A stretch of DNA of 32,000 nt, taken from positions 2,220,001 through 2,252,000 of the forward strand of contig OY969938.1 of assembly GCA_963704755.1 (NCBI GenBank), written 5' to 3'. The translations under genes and the position numbers were made by a program. The notes beneath the pieces are model-generated. The model was given only the letters and a program-made list of their open reading frames with translations. It made no database searches and had not been told where the DNA came from. Shown here piece after piece: positions 7,880 through 14,074 of the stretch; positions within the stretch are counted from its first letter, which is position 1; each line of letters opens with the position of its first letter. This DNA comes from an uncultured Chloroflexia bacterium. Its GTDB lineage: Bacteria > Chloroflexota > Anaerolineae > Anaerolineales > Anaerolineaceae.

Positions 7880-8282
7880 GTAGGTTGGGTTGTGCGAATT
7901 TATCCAATGCTCCCATAAACCAAGGCAAAGCTCAACCTGACTTTTTTACCAGGATGTTGGGTTCGGGCAACGCTTATTCCGGTACACGTTATACCCCTCG
8001 ACCGGTGCCATTTTGAGGCCCGAACCCAACCTACGCATGAGATTGCTTCGTCGGCAAAAACCGCCTTCTCGCAATGACAAAAACAGATGCCCCACGTAGG
8101 TTGGGTTGAGCGGATTTAACCAATGTTCTCATCAACCACAGCCAAGCTCAACCCAACGTCTTCGCCGGGACGTTGGGTTCGGGCAACGCCTGTGCCGGTC
8201 CACGTCATATCCCTCGACCGACACCGTTTTTTGGCCCGAACCCAACCTACGCCTGAGTTTGCTCCGCCGGCAAAAACAAGCC
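7880..8282. repeat. Two tandem copies (period 216 bp) of a structured GTTGGGTT/AACCCAAC element
   Basis: Unit 1 starts at 7880 and unit 2 at 8096, and the two align along nearly their whole length. Each unit runs GTAGGTTGGGTTG.GCG ... AAGCTCAACC ... GTTGGGTTCGGGCAACGC ... GGCCCGAACCCAACCTACGC ... CGGCAAAAAC. Nested inverted repeats inside each unit predict long hairpins. Confidence 0.85.
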
Positions 8283-8383
8283 TACACAAAACCGCAAAAC
8301 AATTCCTACCAATCTAGTATAATTTTGGCATCCCTAAAAATAAAATTACGGGGCTAACAATCTGGCTCCTGGAGGTGCCCATT

Positions 8384-9022
8384 ATGTTCAATCCATTCCG
8401 TCGCAAAGAAGATGAAGAAAACGCCCGCAGCCAGGGCCGCCTGCCGCCGGGCCAATACCTGACCAACAAATTCCCGGTGCTGCAATATGGGCCGGTGCCC
8501 CGCACCAACCTGGACACCTGGACGCTGCGCATCTGGGGCCAGGTGGAAAAGGAAGTGACCCTCACCTGGGCGGACTTCAACCGCCTGCCCAAGAGTAAGA
8601 TCCACATGGACCTGCATTGCGTGACGGCCTGGTCCAAGCTGGATACCGATTGGGAAGGCGTCTCGCTGAAATCCATGCTGGATGAAGGCGTCTTCAAGCT
8701 TCTGCCGGACGCCCATTTTCTCCTGCAGCACGCCGAGTACGGCTTTACGGTCAATTTGCCCGTGGACGTGGCCCTGTCCGAAAATTTCCTGCTGGCGACC
8801 CACTTCGAAGGTGAGCCGATCACCCCGGATCACGGTTATCCCCTGCGCGGCGTGATCGGCGCGATCCCCGGCCGGGACGATCTGCGCACGCCTTATTTAT
8901 GGAAAGGCGCGAAGTGGCTGCGCGGGCTGGAGTTCCTGGCCGCGGACAAGCTCGGTTTCTGGGAAGAAGCCGGCTATCACAATGAAGCCGACGTGTGGAA
9001 GGAACAGCGCTACGCCCGTTAA
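8384..9022 (+). CDS. Sulfite-oxidase-like molybdopterin-binding oxidoreductase (small cytoplasmic type)
   Basis: LPPGQYLTNKFPVLQYG...WTLRIWG...LHCVTAWSK...HGYPLRGV is typical of the oxidoreductase molybdopterin-binding domain. The start is trimmed to ATG 8384, with GGAGG at 8371-8375. Confidence 0.82.
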   Translation: MFNPFRRKEDEENARSQGRLPPGQYLTNKFPVLQYGPVPRTNLDTWTLRIWGQVEKEVTLTWADFNRLPKSKIHMDLHCVTAWSKLDTDWEGVSLKSMLDEGVFKLLPDAHFLLQHAEYGFTVNLPVDVALSENFLLATHFEGEPITPDHGYPLRGVIGAIPGRDDLRTPYLWKGAKWLRGLEFLAADKLGFWEEAGYHNEADVWKEQRYAR

Positions 9023-9035
9023 AGCACACAAAGTT

Positions 9036-9096
9036 CCCGAATTCGAGGTGACGGCGAGGGCAAAGCCCTCGCCGTCACCTCGAATTCGGGTTTCTT
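9036..9096 (+). terminator. Intrinsic terminator with an exceptionally long stem
   Basis: Perfect 26-bp stem CCCGAATTCGAGGTGACGGCGAGGGC / GCCCTCGCCGTCACCTCGAATTCGGG with loop AAA, followed by TTTCTT. Confidence 0.78.
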
Positions 9097-9261
9097 GACC
9101 ACCGGTCCGAACCATTAAAAGCATTCGAAAGGACGATCTCAGGTGACTGCCGCAGCCTGCCAGGCTGGATAATAATGAAACTCTAAGAAACAAATCCGGC
9201 AACCGGCGAAAAATTCCTGTAGAATTATTTCAAGTAAGTGCTCAGGCAAGTGCGCAAGGTG

Positions 9262-9318
9262 AGGGTGTTTTTATTATTTTTTGCGCGCTTCGCGCGCAAA
9301 AAATAATAAAAACACCCT
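9262..9318. repeat. Perfect 27-bp-arm palindrome with AT-rich arms and a GCGCGC core
   Basis: AGGGTGTTTTTATTATTTTTTGCGCGC TTC GCGCGCAAAAAATAATAAAAACACCCT. It is intergenic and has no flanking external T-tract. Confidence 0.9.
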
Positions 9319-9399
9319 AATCCTCTGCAGTAGCTGAGTAATTACAATTTTAATTTGTGATTGCTTTACAAAACAATTGGACCAAACCGGGGAGCAGAA

Positions 9400-9879
9400 A
9401 TGGAAATCACGATTCGTACAGCTACCATCGATGATACTGCCGCACTGGGGGAAATTCTGCGCAGTGTGGATTGGTTCACTTACCTGATGGAGATGCCCGC
9501 CGAAACGTTGCAGGCCAGCGTCCGCCAGGCGCTGGAACAATGCCTGGCCGACGCGAGTCACCTGATGCTGGTCGCTGAAACCGGAACCGGTACGATCGTC
9601 GGTTATCTGTCGATCCACTGGCTGCCTTACCTGTTTCTGGAGGGGACGGAAGGATATATTTCTGAGCTATTTGTGCACAAGGCTATGCGCAGCGCTGGCA
9701 TCGGCAGCATGCTGCTCTCCCGCGCCTGCGACGAGGCCCGGGCGCACGGCTGCTCGCGCCTGATGCTGGTCAACGGGCGCACGCGCGAATCGTACCAGCG
9801 CGAATTCTACAAGAAAAAAGGCTGGCACGAACGCGAAACCATGGCCAATTTTATCTATGATTTGAAAGAGGAGAGATAA
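9400..9879 (+). CDS. GNAT family N-acetyltransferase
   Basis: The acetyl-CoA motif is LFVHKAMRSAGIGSMLL and the length is about 160 aa. The start is trimmed to ATG 9400, with GGGGAG upstream. Confidence 0.85.
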   Translation: MEITIRTATIDDTAALGEILRSVDWFTYLMEMPAETLQASVRQALEQCLADASHLMLVAETGTGTIVGYLSIHWLPYLFLEGTEGYISELFVHKAMRSAGIGSMLLSRACDEARAHGCSRLMLVNGRTRESYQREFYKKKGWHERETMANFIYDLKEER

Positions 9880-10168
9880 GGGAAGAGAGATTAGGGATTA
9901 GTGAATTAGGGAATGAAATGGGAAGGGGTACAATAGTCAACGAGGCAATAAGGCAACAAGGCAACGAGGTAATAAGGCTACTCTTCCCTGAGAATGTCAA
10001 ACGAATTGTGTAAATGGATTGCACACTAAAAACCCATCCGATTGGTCAAAGCGATCGGCCCGGTCTCCAGACCGATCCACTCCCCTTAACCTTATCGCCT
10101 CATTACTTGTTGCCTTTTCCCCTCATCAATTACTCTCTATTCTTTCTTCTCTTCCCCGGAGGTTTTTT

Positions 10169-10573
10169 ATGGCAAATACAACTGTTCGCTGGATCGGATC
10201 GAAACAATTCGTCGGCATCGACTCGACCCAACACTCCGTCGTACTCTCCACCCCCGATGATGGGGTTGGCATGAAGCCCTCTGAGCTGCTGCTGGTGGCG
10301 CTGGCCTCCTGCACGGCCGTGGATGTGGTCGATATTCTTGCCAAGAAACGCATCGAACTGACCTCGCTCGAGATCAGCGCAACCGGCGAACAGGATACAG
10401 AACCGCCCTGGCCTTTCCGCAAGATCCATCTGCTGTACAAGCTGCGCGGCGACAAGTTGACCCCCGAAGCCGTGACCCAGGCGATCAAGCTCTCGGAAGA
10501 AAAATACTGCTCCGTCTCGGCCACCATCCGCGGCGTCGCCGAAATCACCACCAGCTTCGAAATCAATTCCTGA
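10169..10573 (+). CDS. OsmC/Ohr family protein
   Basis: 134 aa, with MKPSELLLVALASCTAVDV and EEKYCSVSATIRG carrying the two conserved Cys regions of OsmC. The start is trimmed to ATG 10169, with GGAGG at 10158-10162. Confidence 0.85.
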   Translation: MANTTVRWIGSKQFVGIDSTQHSVVLSTPDDGVGMKPSELLLVALASCTAVDVVDILAKKRIELTSLEISATGEQDTEPPWPFRKIHLLYKLRGDKLTPEAVTQAIKLSEEKYCSVSATIRGVAEITTSFEINS

Positions 10574-10643
10574 CCTGCATAAGACGGACCACAGATAGAC
10601 CCGGATGGACACAGATTTAAAAAGACCGGTCAAACTTTAATCT

Positions 10644-10701
10644 TAGGTTGGGTTGAGCTTTTTTTGACGACTAAGCTGCCGTATCGTCCGCTCAACCCAA
10701 C
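10644..10701. repeat. Solo copy of the GTTGGGTTGAGC ... GCTCAACCCAAC hairpin element
   Basis: TAGGTTGGGTTGAGC at 10644-10658 pairs with GCTCAACCCAAC at 10690-10701. The arms are the same as the first hairpin of the 7880-8282 units. Confidence 0.7.
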
Positions 10702-10779
10702 ATCTGGCCAACCCGAAAAGCACCAGCCCAATTAACAAATGTACCTGCTTGCCTAAAAGCCAACGGCTAACTGCTATTA

Positions 10780-10849
10780 GCTAACAGCCAAAAGCTAACA
10801 GCCAAAAGCTAACAGCCAAAAGCTAACAGCCAAAAGCTAACAGCCAACA
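10780..10849. repeat. Tandem repeat, 14 bp x 5 (GCTAACAGCCAAAA)
   Basis: Four perfect units and one variant unit (GCTAACAGCCAACA) run head to tail. Degenerate related sequence lies just upstream. The array ends 28 nt before the ATG at 10878. Confidence 0.95.
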
Positions 10850-10877
10850 GCTTCCCCGCTAAACCCAAAAATCTGCT

Positions 10878-11543
10878 ATGGAACTGAAAGTCTTCATCAT
10901 TTCCAATGAGGCAGTCTGCAGCGAATGTGGCGAAAAGCTCGCCCGCCACTCCTGGATCACCCTGGTGGAAGGAAAAGGCCCCGTCTGCCTCGACTGTGCC
11001 GACCTGGCGCACCTGATCTTCCTCCCCTCCGGTAACGCCGCCCTGACCCGCCGGGCCAAAAAATATTCCACCCTTTCGGCCGTGGTGCTGGAATGGAGCC
11101 GCAACCGCAAACACTATGAACGCCAGGGTTTGCTTATAGAAGAGGCAGGCCTGCAACAGGCCGAAGAGGAATGCCTGGCCGACGCGGACGCTCGCGAGCG
11201 TCGCCGGGAACGCGAAGCCGTACGCCGCCAGGAACTCGACCAGGAATACATTAAAAGCTTTGCCGGCCGAGTACGCGAACTCTATCCTTCGTGTCCCGCC
11301 GGGCGCGAACAGGCCATCGCCGAATTCGCCTGCCAGAAGTACAGCGGGCGGGTTGGCCGCTCGGCCGGCGCCAAGAATCTGGACGAAGAAGCCGTCTCGC
11401 TGGCCGTGATCGCCCACATCCGCCACACCGAAACCGATTACGATAAGCTGCTGGACGCCGGCGTAGAACGCTGGGAAGCGCGCAGCGAGGTGAAATACCA
11501 GATCCAAGAAGTCCTGAATCGCTGGCGCGGGGCTGCAACCTAG
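10878..11543 (+). CDS. DUF2293-type protein with an N-terminal CxxC...CxxC zinc-ribbon-like segment
   Basis: The C-terminal block FACQKYSGRVGRSAGAKNLDEEAVSLAVIAHIRHTETDYDKLL matches my recollection of the DUF2293 signature. The N-terminus has CSEC...CLDC. No clear SD sequence is present. Confidence 0.75.
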   Translation: MELKVFIISNEAVCSECGEKLARHSWITLVEGKGPVCLDCADLAHLIFLPSGNAALTRRAKKYSTLSAVVLEWSRNRKHYERQGLLIEEAGLQQAEEECLADADARERRREREAVRRQELDQEYIKSFAGRVRELYPSCPAGREQAIAEFACQKYSGRVGRSAGAKNLDEEAVSLAVIAHIRHTETDYDKLLDAGVERWEARSEVKYQIQEVLNRWRGAAT

Positions 11544-11748
11544 TGTCAGGCGCCATGTGTCAGGTACCAGGTGTCAAATGTCAGGTGTCGAGTGTCAGGT
11601 TTCAGGTGTCAAGTCTGTGGTATCCAGTGAACCCTGGTGCTGAGATTTTCGTGGCGAATTTTTATCTCGTTACCTAACGGCACCCATTCTCAAAAACCTG
11701 ACACGTGACACCTGACACTCAACACCTATCATTTGACACCTGTCACCC
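11543..11748. repeat. Imperfect inverted arrays of the GTGTCAGG motif flanking an ~85-bp spacer
   Basis: The left arm (11543-11613) carries repeated (G)TGTCAGG/GTGTCAA. The right arm (11697-11748) is its approximate reverse complement (CCTGACAC, TTGACACC), and both share GTACC.GGTG...TCAAATG...GAGTGTCAGGT. Confidence 0.75.
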
Positions 11749-11795
11749 GGTACTTATCCCTCACCCGACCTAACGACCGATATTAAAAGGATGAT

Positions 11796-13448
11796 ATGAT
11801 GACGCAATACGAATACAAGGTGGTCAAAGCCAGAGTCGTCGATCAGAACTATTACACCAGTTGGCTGGCTGCCTATGGCTGGCAGGTGCAAAACATGCAG
11901 GAAGTGGTCGATAAGGTGGTTAACGAATCGATGGGATTCTCGAGCAACATGGGCAGCGGCAGCATGTTCGGCAACGCGTACTATCATCCCCATACAAACA
12001 CCACCGCCTTTTCAGGCTACCAGACCAACCATAGCTGGGGATCCAATATGAACACCACGGTCACCAGGGTGCAAACCAAATTGACCATCACCTTCTTCAG
12101 GGATATCAATTTTCCTGATCGGGATGAGCTGAATAGAATTGAAGCCCAATGGTGGAAATGTTCAGAGCGTTACCTCGCCAAAGTGATTGAGCGCGGGAAC
12201 ACGAAGGATGGGGATAAGTGGCCTGAATTGATCGAATTGAGACGAATCCAATCCATGGCCTGGGAAATCCGTAATCGAAAAAAATCCATATCGGCCCCGG
12301 TACAGCCCAAGAAAACCGAATCGCCGCAAAAGCCGGCGCAGCAAGTAGAAAACAAACCGGTTCAGGTGCCGAATATTCCGGCCAGCGCAACCATTAAAAG
12401 CATGGAAGTGACTCATAACGTTTTTCAATCCGGCCAGCCCGGTATCCAGATCAGGTTATGCTTCACCATCCAACACCGCAAGGGATTTTCTTGCGGTGTA
12501 CTGGCCTATTTCCGGGATGAACAGGGCAATGGTTTGGTCGATTTGAACAACAAATTCAATACATCTACAGGCCATGTCTGCGTGGGGAGCAGTTGTACGC
12601 CGGACTTCGAAGACGCCCTGTTCAACGATTACATCCTCTTTCTACCCTACGCCGAACTGGACCAGTCCGATGGAAACCGAAATTTACAGTTCAACGTCCA
12701 GATTTTCGACGACAGCGGGAAAGAATTCATTGCGAAAAGCGAGCCAATCTATTTCGCCTTCTCCCAACAGGGGACCCAAATGCGCGGAGAAGTTCTAAAG
12801 GTCGATAACGCAAAAAACAAGGCCGCTCCTGCGAAAACCCGGCCGCAACCGGCTCCCAAACCCGCAAAAATGTCCCCGCCTGCCCCTGCCCCGGCAGTAA
12901 AAACTCCTCCATTGAGCAAGAAAGAGCGTATGCAGAAATTCGCCCAGACGGCCGGCTGGACGGAGGTCACCGAAGACCGCCGGTTTTATATGGAAGGAGT
13001 CTTTCTCTCTACAGACGGCAAACAGGACGCTGCCCTGAAGAATTTCGAAAAAGCCCTCGCGTTGAACCCCAGGGAAGACCGTTACTGGTCGGCGGTCTCC
13101 ATGAGCCTGGCCGGTAAGGGGAAACTCGATGAAAGCATCGCCACGCTCGAAAAAGGGCTGGAGGAATTGCCCGGCAACGTAAGTCTTAAAGCCAGTCTCG
13201 GCCAGCGTTACCTCAGCCTGAAGAATTTTGCCAAAGCGGAAGCCATCGCCGGCGAACTGGAAAAATCCTCCCAGCCCTACGCAGCCTATAACGCATTCAT
13301 GCTTAGGGCTTGTTCAGCGGAACAACAGGGTAAATACAAAGAGGCCATTAAGCTCTTCAACCAGGCAGACGCCAAGGCGGACGGGCCTAATGCCCTGACC
13401 GGGCTGGGTCAGCAGCGCTGCCGCGAGATGATGAAGATTAAAAAGTGA
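11796..13448 (+). CDS. Hypothetical multidomain protein: DUF4177-like N-terminus, central beta-rich domain, Pro/Ala/Lys linker, C-terminal TPR repeats
   Basis: The N-terminus YEYKVV....GWQV resembles DUF4177. The linker is KAAPAKTRPQPAPKPAKMSPPAPAPAVKTPP. The C-terminal TPR-like repeats include ALKNFEKALALNP. AAGGA lies upstream. Codon usage is visibly AT-richer than in neighbouring genes. Confidence 0.8.
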   Translation: MMTQYEYKVVKARVVDQNYYTSWLAAYGWQVQNMQEVVDKVVNESMGFSSNMGSGSMFGNAYYHPHTNTTAFSGYQTNHSWGSNMNTTVTRVQTKLTITFFRDINFPDRDELNRIEAQWWKCSERYLAKVIERGNTKDGDKWPELIELRRIQSMAWEIRNRKKSISAPVQPKKTESPQKPAQQVENKPVQVPNIPASATIKSMEVTHNVFQSGQPGIQIRLCFTIQHRKGFSCGVLAYFRDEQGNGLVDLNNKFNTSTGHVCVGSSCTPDFEDALFNDYILFLPYAELDQSDGNRNLQFNVQIFDDSGKEFIAKSEPIYFAFSQQGTQMRGEVLKVDNAKNKAAPAKTRPQPAPKPAKMSPPAPAPAVKTPPLSKKERMQKFAQTAGWTEVTEDRRFYMEGVFLSTDGKQDAALKNFEKALALNPREDRYWSAVSMSLAGKGKLDESIATLEKGLEELPGNVSLKASLGQRYLSLKNFAKAEAIAGELEKSSQPYAAYNAFMLRACSAEQQGKYKEAIKLFNQADAKADGPNALTGLGQQRCREMMKIKK

Positions 13449-13503
13449 TTATTGCCTCATCGACTGATTGCCTCTTTGCTTCATGACGCTTCACCGGCCG
13501 GCG

Positions 13504-13800
13504 CTTGCCCTCATCCTCCGGCCCCTTCCCCCAGAAACAGGGGAAGGGGTGCCTTGCTGCCGGAGGGCCGTTTTTGGCCGGCATTCTGCCCCCTTTCCCC
13601 GCTTCCCCCCAAATCAAAAACCGATTTGGAGGGAAGAGCCAAATTCCTCCCCTAAAATCCTGGTTTTGGATTTTGGGGGAGGTTAGGAGGAGGCAGAGGG
13701 AAGCCTCGGCATAACCAGCCCGCTGGTTTATTCGTCCGGCCCTTGCCCTCATCCTCCGGCCTCTTCCCCCAGAAACAGGGGAAGGGGTGCCTTGCTGCCG
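13504..13800. repeat. Two direct copies of a 59-bp element, each containing the hairpin CCCCTTCCCC-AGAAAC-GGGGAAGGGG
   Basis: Copy 1 is at 13504-13562 and copy 2 at 13742-13800, differing at one position. Between them are further hairpins, for example CCTCCCCTAAAATCC / GGATTTTGGGGGAGG at 13646-13682. Confidence 0.9.
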
Positions 13801-13854
13801 AAATATGATTGTTGCCTCATTTTCTCTTTGCCCGATCCACTCGTTGCCTGATCA

Positions 13855-13920
13855 ACTACTCTCTATTCTCTCTATTCTCTCTATCCTCTGTCTCTATTCT
13901 CTTTTCTCTCCCCTTCTTTC
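13855..13920 (+). repeat. Polypyrimidine low-complexity tract (CTCTATT-type)
   Basis: ACTACTCTCTATTCTCTCTATTCTCTCTATCCTCTGTCTCTATTCTCTTTTCTCTCCCCTTCTTTC. A related tract lies at 10127-10156, and a purine-rich reverse-complement version at 9880-9930. Confidence 0.85.
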
Positions 13921-13962
13921 TATGATATACTCACTTCAAGGTACTTAGAAAAGGAAGTGGAA

Positions 13963-13983
13963 ATGACGGATCGCAATCTGTAA
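13963..13983 (+). CDS. Candidate leader peptide MTDRNL (6 codons)
   Basis: The ATG has AGGAAG 5-7 nt upstream, and TAA is at 13981-13983. It lies 43 nt upstream of a terminator hairpin and 92 nt upstream of the ABC-F start. Confidence 0.4.
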   Translation: MTDRNL

Positions 13984-14026
13984 ATTAACGTGTCTTTCAG
14001 GTAGTACTCATCGGTTTTAAATTTCC

Positions 14027-14059
14027 ATCCGGAGGCGACTGCCTTCGGATTTTTGTTTT
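14027..14059 (+). terminator. Intrinsic terminator / attenuator immediately upstream of the ABC-F gene
   Basis: 10-bp stem ATCCGGAGGC / GCCTTCGGAT (one G-U pair) with loop GACT, followed by TTTTGTTTTA. It ends 15 nt before the ATG at 14075. Confidence 0.65.
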
Positions 14060-14074
14060 AATCTACAGGTTGCC

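Noticed and set aside
8106-8357. Short ORFs inside repeat clusters: 8106..8357, 8123..8317, 13438..13752, 13452..13714, 28355..28951, 28948..29253 and 29250..29588
   Set aside because: Their peptides are just translations of the repeated hairpin modules; the same peptide strings recur with each repeat copy. They have no RBS and no domain signatures.
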